Source: Candidatus Bathyarchaeota archaeon (lineage in GTDB: Archaea; Thermoproteota; Bathyarchaeia; Bathyarchaeales; Bathycorpusculaceae). From it: 64,000 nt of DNA. Shown here piece by piece: positions 9,886 through 19,746 of the stretch. Made by a program: the position numbers and the translations under genes. Numbering within the stretch: the stretch's first letter is position 1; every line of letters begins with the position of its first letter. The notes under the pieces were generated by a model. The model saw only the letters and a list, made by a program, of their open reading frames with translations, was not told the origin of the DNA and did not search any database. The stretch lies in NCBI GenBank assembly GCA_963739305.1, contig CAVTZU010000017.1, forward strand, positions 46,600 through 110,599. The letters are read 5' to 3'.

Positions 9886-9955
9886 CGCGTTCATTTTCTT
9901 TTTCAAAGTTAATAAAACTAGTTTCAAAAACGTTGGCAAAATTTATAAGAAATCC
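9886..9955 (+). repeat. 70-bp perfect direct repeat, copy 1 (left boundary of island)
   Basis: CGCGTTCATTTTCTTTTTCAAAGTTAATAAAACTAGTTTCAAAAACGTTGGCAAAATTTATAAGAAATCC is identical to 18230-18299. Confidence 0.95.
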
Positions 9956-10164
9956 TGAATTAAAGATTCCGATTTCTCTTCAACCTAGATATGGGCTCTA
10001 ACAGACTTAAACATTATGGAGGACAGTTCTATCCCTATGTTCATGCCAAAATCCTCTTTTTAGAGCCTCCAGTCTCAGTAACAAAGCAAATTTCAAACCA
10101 AAAGGTGGAGATTTCTCCCGAAATGTCGCCTTGACTCGCCGTTTAAGGGCGCGCGTACACGTGT

Positions 10165-10590
10165 TTAAGGAAATCTGAATAGTGGAGGAGTATATTCGTA
10201 ACCGAGACTTTGGCGCGTCCGATCGTCTATAGTAACAGCATAAAAATGTACATAATCCAGCAGGTAGAGGACACTACCACCGCCCCATTCTCCAGTTGAA
10301 TTTGTCAAGCGTGCTTCATAGATAAACTGAGTTTCATTCTGGCAGTGAATGGTTATTTGAGGAGGCAAAAACATGAAATCACGAAATCCAAAGAAGTCGC
10401 GTGCAGAAATGACTCTGAAACCCTCTTTCTCTAACGTATCCTTGAAGCTAGCGATGCTTGCAAACCAAGATACAAATGACCAACAAACGTATCCTGCAAA
10501 AACGACAATAATTATCACAAGCACTTTGAACTTCCTGGATTTGGTTTTGAGGTGCCAAGAAAATAATGCGTGTGAGGACTGAATTGCCAT
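10165..10590 (-). CDS. Hypothetical protein with one N-terminal TM segment
   Basis: 141-aa ORF with hydrophobic VLVIIIVVFAGYVCW segment. Confidence 0.6.
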   Translation of the reverse strand: MAIQSSHALFSWHLKTKSRKFKVLVIIIVVFAGYVCWSFVSWFASIASFKDTLEKEGFRVISARDFFGFRDFMFLPPQITIHCQNETQFIYEARLTNSTGEWGGGSVLYLLDYVHFYAVTIDDRTRQSLGYEYTPPLFRFP

Positions 10591-10890
10591 AGTAAATCAA
10601 GGTTGAGAAGCAATAGTTAACTTTGTTGGGTTTGGGTTTTGGATAAAACTTTACCCCACAGACTTGGGATGTATGCTGCGCGCGCCTCCCAAAAGACCAT
10701 TGGGTTTATTGTCTTTCAAGGAATTGCAAGAAAAAGTGTTTGGAACAGCTTTGGAACACTATTTTGGAACAAAATAATGGCCTTTGACGATGTTTTCACT
10801 AATGCGCGCGCTACAAAGTTTGGAACATTATTTAAGGAAAATTGGCTATCTACCAAGATATCACACCGTCTAAGCCAAGGAGTAACTACC

Positions 10891-11811
10891 TTGATAGAAA
10901 CTGATAGCCTAACCAAAAAATTTGGAGACCTGACAGCGGTAGACAACCTCACCCTACAAGTTAATGATGGTGAAGTTTTCGGTTTCCTAGGACCAAACGG
11001 TGCAGGAAAAACCACCACCATAAGGATGCTTTGCTGTTTAATATCAAAAACTAGTGGGAACGCAAACATAGGCGGCTATGACATAGGAAAAAAGGAAGAC
11101 TCAATTAAAATCCGCAAAATCATCGGTTTAGTTCCTGACAACGTCGGACTATCTGAACACCTAAGCGCTTATGATAACCTGGATTTCTACGGAAAAATAT
11201 ACGATTGCACAGATACTGAAAGAAAACGGAGCATTAAGCGTTTCCTAGAAATGCTGGGGCTGTGGGAAAAGAGGAATGTTTTAGCTGGTACCTTTTCGAA
11301 AGGTATGAAGCAGAAACTAGCCATTGCCCGTGCACTTATCCATGACCCACAAATACTGTTCATGGATGAGCCAACAGCCAACTTAGATCCTGAGTCTGCC
11401 AAGACAGTTAGGGAGTTTATTCTTGATTTAAAAAAGCAAAAGAAAACCATTTTCTTAAACACCCACAACCTCGATGAGGCCCAGAGGATATGTGATAAAA
11501 TAGCTATTCTGAACACGAAGCTTCGGGCAATAGGCACTCCTGATGAACTTGAACGATCTGTTCATGGCAGAAGCACAGTTATCACATTGGAGCAAGTCAA
11601 CGATGCCGTTTTAAACTCTTTAAAGAAGTTGTCGCTTAGAAACCTCACTGTTGACGGCAACAAGGTAACGTTTGATGTGGTGGATCCTGATAAAGAGAAT
11701 TCGCCAGTTGTAGAATCCCTCGTGCTGGCTGGCGGTCACGTGCGGGCCATTAACGTTGTGGGTTCGACTTTGGAAGATACCTATTTGAAGCTTGTGAGGG
11801 AGTCCGCATGA
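10891..11811 (+). CDS. ABC transporter ATP-binding protein (multidrug/ABC-2 type)
   Basis: GPNGAGKTT, FSKGMKQKL, LFMDEPT; start refined to TTG 10891 after SD AGGAG. Confidence 0.92.
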   Translation: MIETDSLTKKFGDLTAVDNLTLQVNDGEVFGFLGPNGAGKTTTIRMLCCLISKTSGNANIGGYDIGKKEDSIKIRKIIGLVPDNVGLSEHLSAYDNLDFYGKIYDCTDTERKRSIKRFLEMLGLWEKRNVLAGTFSKGMKQKLAIARALIHDPQILFMDEPTANLDPESAKTVREFILDLKKQKKTIFLNTHNLDEAQRICDKIAILNTKLRAIGTPDELERSVHGRSTVITLEQVNDAVLNSLKKLSLRNLTVDGNKVTFDVVDPDKENSPVVESLVLAGGHVRAINVVGSTLEDTYLKLVRESA

Positions 11812-12548
11812 GATTGTCAAAAGCATGGCTTGTTGCCTCAAGAGATTTTAAAATATTTAGGCATCAGAAAAATATTCTGTACTCAATCATCGTTTTTCCC
11901 ATTATAATTTCAGTTCTCTTTCCAGCCATACTAGAGTTTGCTGGACAACGAAACGCTGGGCTCCTCACAACTGCAAATCTTCCAAACCTATTAAATTCAT
12001 TTTCATTCTTTATTGTCATTGGAGCGGCGTACATTCCATTAGGAATTGCTTCTTATAGCATAGTCGGCGAAAAAATTGAGAAGAGTTTAGAACCGCTCCT
12101 CGCTACTCCTCTTACTGACGGGGAGATTTTGCTTGGAAAAGCAATTGCTGCAGTGTTGCCAACTTTAGCTGCAATGTATGCTGGAGCGACAGTTTTTATG
12201 GTTGGCGTTGATGCAGTGACTTTCGGGAAGCTTGGCTATAATTATTTTCCAAATTGGACTTTTGGTGTTTTGCTGCTGATCCTAGTTCCCGTCGCTGTTG
12301 TTATGAGCGTGCTATACAGCGTTATTGTCTCATCGAGAGTTAATGACGTACGCAGCGCTAATGGTTCTGGGATACTAATTTTATTGCCATTGTTAGCAAT
12401 TTATTTGGCTAGCGAAATACGCATAATAAGTCTAGACATAAGCGGGATTCTCATAATCTCAGGTATCCTTTTCGCGATTAATATCGCTCTTTATTTCGTA
12501 GGTACAGCAGCTTTTCAACGAGAGGAAATACTAACAAAGTGGAAGTAG
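11808..12548 (+). CDS. ABC-2 type permease
   Basis: 6 TM segments; SIVGEKIEKSLEPLLATPL motif; ATGA overlap with the ATPase. Confidence 0.9.
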   Translation: MRLSKAWLVASRDFKIFRHQKNILYSIIVFPIIISVLFPAILEFAGQRNAGLLTTANLPNLLNSFSFFIVIGAAYIPLGIASYSIVGEKIEKSLEPLLATPLTDGEILLGKAIAAVLPTLAAMYAGATVFMVGVDAVTFGKLGYNYFPNWTFGVLLLILVPVAVVMSVLYSVIVSSRVNDVRSANGSGILILLPLLAIYLASEIRIISLDISGILIISGILFAINIALYFVGTAAFQREEILTKWK

Positions 12549-12583
12549 CAAGATTGGAAGCGACGAGGGAGGAGGTGGGAAAA

Positions 12584-12793
12584 GTGGTGGACTGGAAAGA
12601 TTATTATCAAACAAACAAAGGGCGACTCCTTGGAATTGGGGGAATATTAATTGTTGTGGGCCTTGTCCTCTATTTTGCAAGAGGTCAAGAAGTTGCACTC
12701 GTATTACCCATCGTTGGGATTGTGTTGTTCATTGCAGGTGTTATTTATAAGCCGCGCAAGAAGAAAGAAAACATTACCAGCGACGCACCGTAG
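12584..12793 (+). CDS. Small two-TM membrane protein
   Basis: Two hydrophobic helices and a basic tail; SD GGAGGTG upstream of GTG. Confidence 0.7.
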   Translation: MVDWKDYYQTNKGRLLGIGGILIVVGLVLYFARGQEVALVLPIVGIVLFIAGVIYKPRKKKENITSDAP

Positions 12794-12868
12794 GCAGGAT
12801 TTCTCGACCGCTTGGATATCTGTCTACTAGCGCGCGCGCTAAATAGTAAAACCTAGTATCATTAGACC

Positions 12869-13459
12869 CTAACCAGAATCCGCCTGCGTGCGCGCTATCT
12901 TTTTTCCAATTGAGAACGCTTGTCCTGTGCTTTTCCCAATTTTATGATATGTCATTTGTGCAGGATTCCAGATGATCGGTTTCACTTTTTCAATGTCCGG
13001 AAGGTTCTTTTCATTAAGCACAAAAGAATCAGCTTTGACATCCACGATTTCACCTATGAACTCTGTGTGTAGCCCAATTTTAACTATTTGAATAACCTTG
13101 CACTCTATTATCAGAGGAAATTCTTTTACATAGGGTGCATCAACAAGATCGCTTTTCACAGGAGTAAGCCCTGTTGCTGAGAATTTATCCACCGTTTTCC
13201 CCGAAGCAATGCCAAAATAATCAGCCTCCTTGGTATAGGTTTCGGATGGAATACTCACTGTAAACGATTTCCGTTTCATAATATTTCTGTAGGTGTACGT
13301 GGCTTTTCTCAGAGATACATAGAGACATGGCGGTCGGGAACAACAAATTCCTCCCCAAGCAGCAGTCATAACATTTGGTTTTCCCTCTCGGTCATAGGTT
13401 CCTACAACCCAGACAGGTGTCGTGGGAACGATAGTCTCTGCACCCAAAGATTTTTTCAA
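12869..13459 (-). CDS. Flavin reductase-like / flavoredoxin family protein
   Basis: [43 protein letters not shown]; start refined to TTG after SD GAGGAGG. Confidence 0.9.
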   Translation of the reverse strand: MKKSLGAETIVPTTPVWVVGTYDREGKPNVMTAAWGGICCSRPPCLYVSLRKATYTYRNIMKRKSFTVSIPSETYTKEADYFGIASGKTVDKFSATGLTPVKSDLVDAPYVKEFPLIIECKVIQIVKIGLHTEFIGEIVDVKADSFVLNEKNLPDIEKVKPIIWNPAQMTYHKIGKSTGQAFSIGKKIARTQADSG

Positions 13460-13486
13460 AAGAAACCTCCTCAACATTTTGTCCAA

Positions 13487-15409
13487 TCAACCAATCTCGG
13501 TTAGAGGTTTTGGCTTACTCAGCAACAGTAAAGCGGAATTGATTACCACCGATATGCATCCAGCTTCTGCAAGAACAACGGCTAAGACTGGATTCAAGAT
13601 GCCAAAAGCCGCCAAACTCAATGCGACTATGTTCCAGATAAAGGCGTAAACTATGTTCCCCTTCATTCTGTTAAACGCCTTCCGACTCAGGCTAATCGCA
13701 TATTCAACCTTTGTCAAGTCGTCTCCAAGCAGAGCCACGTCAGCAGTCTCAATCGCTACATCGCTGCCAGCCGCACCCATAGCAAACCCAACATCCGAAT
13801 TGGCCAACGCAGGAGCATCATTCACACCGTCACCAACCATCGCAACAACATTGCCTTTTTTCAGCTCTCCAATAGTCGTAACTTTTTGTTCAGGTAAAAG
13901 CTCAGCATGGTACTCATCAACACCGACTTGCTCAGCGATAGATTTGGCAGTCTGCATGTTGTCGCCAGTTATCATAACAGTTTTGACTCCTAAACGCTTA
14001 AGCCTCAGTATAGCTTCCAAAGAGTTCTCCCTAACTGTGTCAGCCACAACAATGACGCCAATGACATTTTTGTCAAGTGCTACAGGAATAGCTGTTTTTC
14101 CCTCGCTCTCAACCCGATTCATCAATTGATTCGCTTCTTCTGAGATGTCCATTTCAATCATCTTTCTTCCAATTAGAATATGCTTGTTTCCGTAATGGGC
14201 GTCCACGCCGTGTCCTGGAATAGTTTTGAAGTCTGTGGGGTCAGGAATTTTCATACCCATCTCAGTTGCTTTAGCGATGATGGCTTTGGACAGGGGATGT
14301 TCCGAGAATTTCTCAGCAATTGCTGCATACTTGATTACGTCCACTTCAGAGTGATTACTGAAAGTTTTTATCTCAATAACTTTGGGTTCGCCGACGGTTA
14401 ATGTGCCAGTTTTGTCGAAGGCGACGAGCTTAACGTCTTTTAGCTTTTCGATGTGTGTGCCGCCCTTGATTATTATGCCGTTCATGCTAGCATTACCGAT
14501 AGTACCAGCAACAGCGACGGGAACAGCTATTGAAAGGGCACAAGGGCATGCGACTAAGAGAACAGTCACGGTTCTAGCCAGTGCTACATCAAAACCAAGT
14601 GCGAAGTAACTGACAGCAAAGACAGAAGATGCTAAAACTGCCATGATTGGCAAGAAGTAAGTGGTAAATCGGTCTGCAACATTCTGTATAGGTGCTTTTT
14701 TCTCTTGAGCTTCTTCGACTAGTTGAATAAGGTGGGCAAGTGTAGTGTCCTCAGCGATTTTTTCAACTTTAATTTCTAAAGCTCCTTGTTCATTGAGTGT
14801 ACCAGCAAATGTGCGGTCCCCTACTGTCTTTTCTGCTGGAATTGATTCGCCAGTTATGGTTGCTTGGTTAACGGTGCTGTGCCCTGAAATCACTGTTCCG
14901 TCAACGGGTATTTTGTCGCCTGGCTTGACTAAGACGATTTCGCCCACCTTAACCTCGTCTATCGGTATTTCAACTTCTGAACCGTCTCGACGTGTGCGAG
15001 CTGTGGTGGGACTCATCTTTATGAGAGCCTCAAGCGCACCTCTTGTTCTATGAATGATGTAGTCTTCAAGGGTCATACCTGCGAGTATTATGAACGCAAC
15101 TATTGCTGATGCTGTAAGGTAACCAACTGCTTCTGCTGTGCCAGTTGCTGATGCTGAAGGCAGGACGAGACCAGCTACTACTGAAATGAATATGGCGATA
15201 GTTGCAAACAACTGGGCAGTGACATTTCCATGTCGCAGGGACCGAATGCCGTGCAAATAGATGCGGTAACCTAAGGCAACAGCGACCAAAGTCAAAGCAA
15301 TGCTAATTTCATGCGCATAAGCCACTTGAGTTCCAGATATTAGGGCGCCCGCTAAAGCGAATAGCCCAAGCAAAATTACCAGAATTACGCCTTTGACGTG
15401 TTCTCTCAT
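13487..15409 (-). CDS. Heavy-metal-translocating P1B-type ATPase
   Basis: TGES, ACPCAL, DKTGTLT, SEHPL, GDGVNDAPAL. Confidence 0.95.
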   Translation of the reverse strand: MREHVKGVILVILLGLFALAGALISGTQVAYAHEISIALTLVAVALGYRIYLHGIRSLRHGNVTAQLFATIAIFISVVAGLVLPSASATGTAEAVGYLTASAIVAFIILAGMTLEDYIIHRTRGALEALIKMSPTTARTRRDGSEVEIPIDEVKVGEIVLVKPGDKIPVDGTVISGHSTVNQATITGESIPAEKTVGDRTFAGTLNEQGALEIKVEKIAEDTTLAHLIQLVEEAQEKKAPIQNVADRFTTYFLPIMAVLASSVFAVSYFALGFDVALARTVTVLLVACPCALSIAVPVAVAGTIGNASMNGIIIKGGTHIEKLKDVKLVAFDKTGTLTVGEPKVIEIKTFSNHSEVDVIKYAAIAEKFSEHPLSKAIIAKATEMGMKIPDPTDFKTIPGHGVDAHYGNKHILIGRKMIEMDISEEANQLMNRVESEGKTAIPVALDKNVIGVIVVADTVRENSLEAILRLKRLGVKTVMITGDNMQTAKSIAEQVGVDEYHAELLPEQKVTTIGELKKGNVVAMVGDGVNDAPALANSDVGFAMGAAGSDVAIETADVALLGDDLTKVEYAISLSRKAFNRMKGNIVYAFIWNIVALSLAAFGILNPVLAVVLAEAGCISVVINSALLLLSKPKPLTEIG

Positions 15410-15663
15410 TGGATTTCCTCTCTGGACAATATCTCAACTTGGTAGCCAAGCTTTTCAATCCGTTCAGTGACCTTGGAGAGATTGATTTTTTGTGTGTCGT
15501 ATTCTATTTTGACCTTACCTGTTATCTCGTCAACTTTGACTCTTGAGATTCCATTCAATCTGGATAGTGCGTGTCGGAGGTTGTCTGCCTTGAAAGTTGA
15601 ACATGTGCTACATGCATTACAATCTTTTTTTGAAGCCTTCAGGATGACTTTCTCAATATTCAT
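15406..15663 (-). CDS. HMA-domain metal chaperone
   Basis: Ferredoxin-like HMA pattern with DCNACSTC and IEKLGY; overlaps the ATPase start. Confidence 0.8.
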   Translation of the reverse strand: MNIEKVILKASKKDCNACSTCSTFKADNLRHALSRLNGISRVKVDEITGKVKIEYDTQKINLSKVTERIEKLGYQVEILSREEIQ

Positions 15664-15749
15664 CGGCTCGCCAAAACCACGTATTCATATTCAAGAATTT
15701 AAATCTATTGTTATAATCCCATGATTCGCACACGTTATGCCTTTAAAAA

Positions 15750-16136
15750 TCAGAGGATTTCCAGTTTACGCATGCCTTCAAAAAGTTCAGGATTAGCTAT
15801 GCTGTAGAAAACCCATTTTCCTTCTTTCCTATCCTTCACCAAGCCAACATTCTCAAGAATCCTCAGATGATGAGAAGCTGTAGGTTGAGTTAAATCAAGC
15901 GCAACCATGACTTCACAGACACACATCTCACGGTATGATAACAAGCCTAACATTCTTAGCCGAATGGAGTCTGCAAAAGCTTTGAAGACCTTGCTCTTGA
16001 CTTCACTCCTCTCCGAACTCATGCTTTTATTGGCTAGTTTCTTCAATTCACCGGCGTATTCTGAGGCAGCTTCGCGAGAGCAAATTCCTGATTCGGCTAA
16101 CCGTTGTAATCTCTCACTTATTCTTGATGTAGCCAT
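15750..16136 (-). CDS. arsR: ArsR/SmtB family transcriptional repressor
   Basis: FKAFADSIRLRML, EMCVCEV, QPTASHHLRIL, GKWVFY. Confidence 0.9.
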   Translation of the reverse strand: MATSRISERLQRLAESGICSREAASEYAGELKKLANKSMSSERSEVKSKVFKAFADSIRLRMLGLLSYREMCVCEVMVALDLTQPTASHHLRILENVGLVKDRKEGKWVFYSIANPELFEGMRKLEIL

Positions 16137-16207
16137 ATCTTTTCAGATAACGAGTAATAGCAACGCATTTAAATATGTTTTTTGTGCACCTTCGTTAAGG
16201 GACCGAG

Positions 16208-16604
16208 TTGAAGCGAATACTTTTTGTTTGTGTTGAGAATGCTGGCAGAAGCCAGATGGCAGAGGCATTCGCCAACAAATATGGAAAAGACAGATTTATC
16301 GTTTCCAGCGCCGGCAATAAGCCAGCAGACAAAGTCAACCCCACAGTAGTGGAAGTCTTGAAAGAGAGGGGCATCGACATATCAATGAATAAACCAAAGC
16401 TACTCACTTTCCAGATGACCCAAGACGCTGATTTGATCGTTACCATGGGCTGCAATGACAACGGAATCTGCCCAGGACCATTTTTCAAACCAACAATTGA
16501 GTGGAAACTTGAAGACCCAAAGGGAAAGCCTATAGAGAAGAGTAAGAGAAATCAGAGACGAAATTGAGAAGAAAGTCAAAGCACTTATTGAAGGGAAAAG
16601 CTGA
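16208..16604 (+). CDS. arsC: Arsenate reductase / LMW-PTP family protein, frameshifted near 16541
   Basis: FVCVENAGRSQMAEA, VTMGC, CP, W.LEDPKG; the shifted frame continues VREIRDEIEKKVKALIEGKS-stop. Confidence 0.85.
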
Positions 16605-16637
16605 AACAGGCACGCGTGCCCGACGCACGCGACTATT

Positions 16638-17345
16638 CTAGCTTATATGATGCCAACCGTATTCTTCATAAATCCTCTTACCCTTGTCGGACACAAGGAA
16701 GTGGATGAATTTCTCTGCAAGGGCTTTGTTCTTGGAGAAGGTAATGATCCCTATTGCCGTGCTTCTCTTCACTTGAAGGTCTTTCGGCAACTCTATTCTA
16801 TCCATAGTATCCATGTTCAAGTTCTTGAAGGCATCCCATCCCAGAATTGCATCTACGTTTTTCTTATTGACAAAAGACATCAATTCCCCGCATCCATCAG
16901 CATAAGCAACGGTATTCTTTCTGATTTGCTCGGAGAATCCCGCTTTAGTGGCCAAATCATCCCACACTCCAGTCAAGCAACCACTTACAGAAACACCAAC
17001 TCGCATTCCTTCTTTCGCCAAATCGGCAATTGATTTTATCTTCTTAGGATTTCCAGTTTGCACAAGAATAGCAGAGATTCTTGATCCAAGGCTTCTTCTT
17101 GTTTCTTTGAGAACTAATCCTTTCAATTGTGCATGGTCTAGTATATACTCTGAACCACACGTTAACAAGTCGCCATCTTTAGTTTCTGCGATTTCTTCAA
17201 TAAGATTTTCAGCTTTCCCGACAGTGAACTCAAATTCTGTTCCGAATTTTGTTGTGAACTCTTCTGCACATTTCTTTATTGGCGGTGCTACCGCACCAGC
17301 GGAATAAACATGGAGATGGTTTTGTTTCGGCATATTCTTTCCCAC
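16638..17345 (-). CDS. ModA-like oxyanion-binding protein lacking a signal peptide
   Basis: VYSAGAV, GDLLTCGS, ILVQTGNPKKIKSIADL, FIHFLVS..GKRIYEEYG. Confidence 0.75.
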   Translation of the reverse strand: MGKNMPKQNHLHVYSAGAVAPPIKKCAEEFTTKFGTEFEFTVGKAENLIEEIAETKDGDLLTCGSEYILDHAQLKGLVLKETRRSLGSRISAILVQTGNPKKIKSIADLAKEGMRVGVSVSGCLTGVWDDLATKAGFSEQIRKNTVAYADGCGELMSFVNKKNVDAILGWDAFKNLNMDTMDRIELPKDLQVKRSTAIGIITFSKNKALAEKFIHFLVSDKGKRIYEEYGWHHIS

Positions 17346-17368
17346 AGCAATTACCTATGTGAATATAC

Positions 17369-17569
17369 TTACTTTTGCATTTCTTTGATCTTCTCTTCCA
17401 CGCCCTTCAATTCATTCTTGAGTTCTTCTGCATAGCCCTTCAGTTTCTCCAACTTTTCAGCTTTCGTGAAGAAGTGTCTCCTGTATCCATGTTCGTCTCC
17501 ATGCATGCTGCATCCACAGTGATTTTCATGCCCATGATGATGCATTGCGCAACCACAGTCTTCGTCCAT
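17369..17569 (-). CDS. Small His/Cys-rich protein with coiled-coil C-terminus (DUF5320-like)
   Basis: DCGCAMHHHGHENHCGC...RRHFFTKAEKLEKL. Confidence 0.75.
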   Translation of the reverse strand: MDEDCGCAMHHHGHENHCGCSMHGDEHGYRRHFFTKAEKLEKLKGYAEELKNELKGVEEKIKEMQK

Positions 17570-17666
17570 TTACAATCACCTCTGTTCAACTACTATTAGA
17601 AGTAAAGTATTTATGCTATCAAGTTTATAGCGACATAGTTGCTATCACCAATGAAAGTGGTTCTGT

Positions 17667-18056
17667 ATGGAAAACAAGAATGACGTAGTTTGTTTTTGCC
17701 CGCTTGAGGGAATAATAGACGTGATAAGCAAGAAATGGGCCCTTCTGATCATCAATGCAATAGGGAACTACGGTAGCCTCAGATTCAACAAGCTTATGGA
17801 AGAACTGCACGGAATAAGCCCCAAGACACTTGCAGACACGCTAAAACAGCTTCAAGAGGAAGAGCTACTTAAGAGAGAAGCATTTGCCGAAATCCCGCCT
17901 CGTGTCGAATACTCATTGACAAGAGATGGAGCAGGGCTCAGAGAAGCGGTGATCCCCATCCTAAAATGGGCTGCCTCTAGGCAATGCTCTAAAAAGAAAT
18001 GTTCAGCAACCTACAACAAAATCCCCGCACACAGAATAAAAAACAGAATCACTTAG
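17667..18056 (+). CDS. HxlR family transcriptional regulator
   Basis: CPLE..IDVISKKW, RFNKL, ISPKTLA, IPPRVEYSLT. Confidence 0.9.
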   Translation: MENKNDVVCFCPLEGIIDVISKKWALLIINAIGNYGSLRFNKLMEELHGISPKTLADTLKQLQEEELLKREAFAEIPPRVEYSLTRDGAGLREAVIPILKWAASRQCSKKKCSATYNKIPAHRIKNRIT

Positions 18057-18229
18057 AAAAATGCGCGTGTTATTTTCTCTTTCTGAACAGCATTTCATCC
18101 TTGTGGCTGCAGACGCAGTCGAAAACGATTCGCATACACATTTTAACTGTACACTTTTTCACATAGAACAATAAATCTAATATCCCATTCTGATGGCAAT
18201 CCTGCAAACAATACTCCGAAAAAGAAAAG

Positions 18230-18299
18230 CGCGTTCATTTTCTTTTTCAAAGTTAATAAAACTAGTTTCAAAAACGTTGGCAAAATTTATAAGAAATCC
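18230..18299 (+). repeat. 70-bp perfect direct repeat, copy 2 (right boundary); includes a BRE/TATA-like GGCAAAATTTATAAG
   Basis: Identical to 9886-9955. Confidence 0.95.
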
Positions 18300-18345
18300 A
18301 TGAAGATAAACTGTAAAACGGCATTTGCGATCGGGGACAAACAAA

Positions 18346-18549
18346 ATGGTGAAACTCAACAAGATTGACGAAAGTGTTGTTACAGCCCTGAAAGCCTCAG
18401 GCAAAGGGTTAACGCTGAACGAGATAGCTGAATCTACGGGTGAGACCCCGAAGAAGGTGTACAAGTCCTTACGGAAACTCTTTGAAAACGAAATGATCGA
18501 CTGTGAGAAACATCAGTACAGACTTCTGAAAACTGAGTCAACGGAATAG
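18346..18549 (+). CDS. Small winged-helix DNA-binding protein
   Basis: GLTLNEIAESTGETPKKVYKSLRKL HTH; start refined to ATG 18346. Confidence 0.75.
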   Translation: MVKLNKIDESVVTALKASGKGLTLNEIAESTGETPKKVYKSLRKLFENEMIDCEKHQYRLLKTESTE

Positions 18550-18611
18550 TTACTCCATTCTTAATGCAAGCCCCCAAAATGGCTCAGAGAACAACGCAGG
18601 ATATTCAGTGT

Positions 18612-19613
18612 TCAACCTGAGTTTTCATAGAATCTCTTGAAGACCCTGCAGATTGCAAGGTCAATCCAAAGGTTCAGATTCTTTCTGCCAGTTTTCAGCA
18701 TCCTGAGTGTCCAGAGACCATTTTCCTGCTGTCTGTCCACGAACCATTCTAGCGCCTTGTCTATGTTTGGGTCTTGCCGTGTGAATCCGAGGAGCGACAA
18801 CAAATCGAGTGAAGACAGTAGATCTGTGAACCAGAAAGGGTACGCAAAGCTGGTCCAGAAGCTTGGAGCTTTTCTGTCGGGATACTTGTCTGACTGGAAG
18901 AAGCGTGATTTCAGCAGTTTTCCTGCATGCTTGGCCGCAGATACCTCTCGATACTTCGGATGAGCCGCAAAGGCACGCAAGACGACTCCCGTCACTAAAT
19001 GTGAGAATGGTTTTGATCTGTCTGGCTCGACAGGCGTCTTCCTTTTCATCGCTTGAATGAGCGTCAGATAATCTTTGCCACTAAGGGTCCTCATCGGTAT
19101 TGCCCATCCACCGTCGTTTTGCCGCATCTTCAGAAGCCACCTGAATCCTTTTTCAATCCTGGGGTCTTCGTGATAGCCTGCCTTGGTTAGAAGTTCCATG
19201 ATTGCTGCAGAATAGTTAGGGGTGTATTGGTCTCCATATATTCCTCTGAAGTCTCCTTCTGAGGTTTGGAAGCTGAACAGGAAATCTGCAGCGTTCCTTA
19301 AGGTTTCGTGTTCACGAGTGAACTCGTAAAGTTCAATCAGCACGCCGAGAATTCTGAAGGTTTCAAGCTGATTGTAGTTACGTTGAGATCTGACGTCGAT
19401 CTTTCCGCCATGATATTTCCAAGAGCCATCCGAGTTCTGTTTGTCAATAATCTTCAAAGCTTCAGGCAGCTGCCAGAGAGTATTGATCGGTTCAACGTGC
19501 TCTTCCAGAAGGTCTCGTTTTGCGAAGTAGGAAACAGGCTTTTCTCCAGAATTGACTAGGCCCGAGGCTGGGTTAAACTTGAACTGTTGCCTCCATTCAG
19601 GCACCGTTCGCAT
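18612..19613 (-). CDS. Prenyltransferase/squalene-oxidase repeat (alpha/alpha toroid) protein
   Basis: QW-like repeats QNSDGSW, QTSEGDF, RQNDGGW, QQENGLW. Confidence 0.8.
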   Translation of the reverse strand: MRTVPEWRQQFKFNPASGLVNSGEKPVSYFAKRDLLEEHVEPINTLWQLPEALKIIDKQNSDGSWKYHGGKIDVRSQRNYNQLETFRILGVLIELYEFTREHETLRNAADFLFSFQTSEGDFRGIYGDQYTPNYSAAIMELLTKAGYHEDPRIEKGFRWLLKMRQNDGGWAIPMRTLSGKDYLTLIQAMKRKTPVEPDRSKPFSHLVTGVVLRAFAAHPKYREVSAAKHAGKLLKSRFFQSDKYPDRKAPSFWTSFAYPFWFTDLLSSLDLLSLLGFTRQDPNIDKALEWFVDRQQENGLWTLRMLKTGRKNLNLWIDLAICRVFKRFYENSG

Positions 19614-19746
19614 CTCCGCGAGTTAAACGATCTTGCGGATCAGACGACTTAGGAATACTCAATTTCCCACGAACGAATATATCATTCGTAGATTCTTAAG
19701 TCTACAGTTTCAAGGTTTGCGGCAGTTGGGGGAGGTATGTTCAGAC

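Larger units (their letters stand above)
9956..18229. mobile_element. Putative metal/arsenic-resistance genomic islet between direct repeats (no integrase inside)
   Basis: Flanked by the 70-bp direct repeat; visibly AT-richer in parts; accessory gene content. Confidence 0.6.

Noticed and set aside
10639-10890. N-terminal extension of the ABC ATPase in the ORF track
   Set aside because: Not ABC-like and contains two (GC)4 tracts; an SD precedes TTG at 10891.
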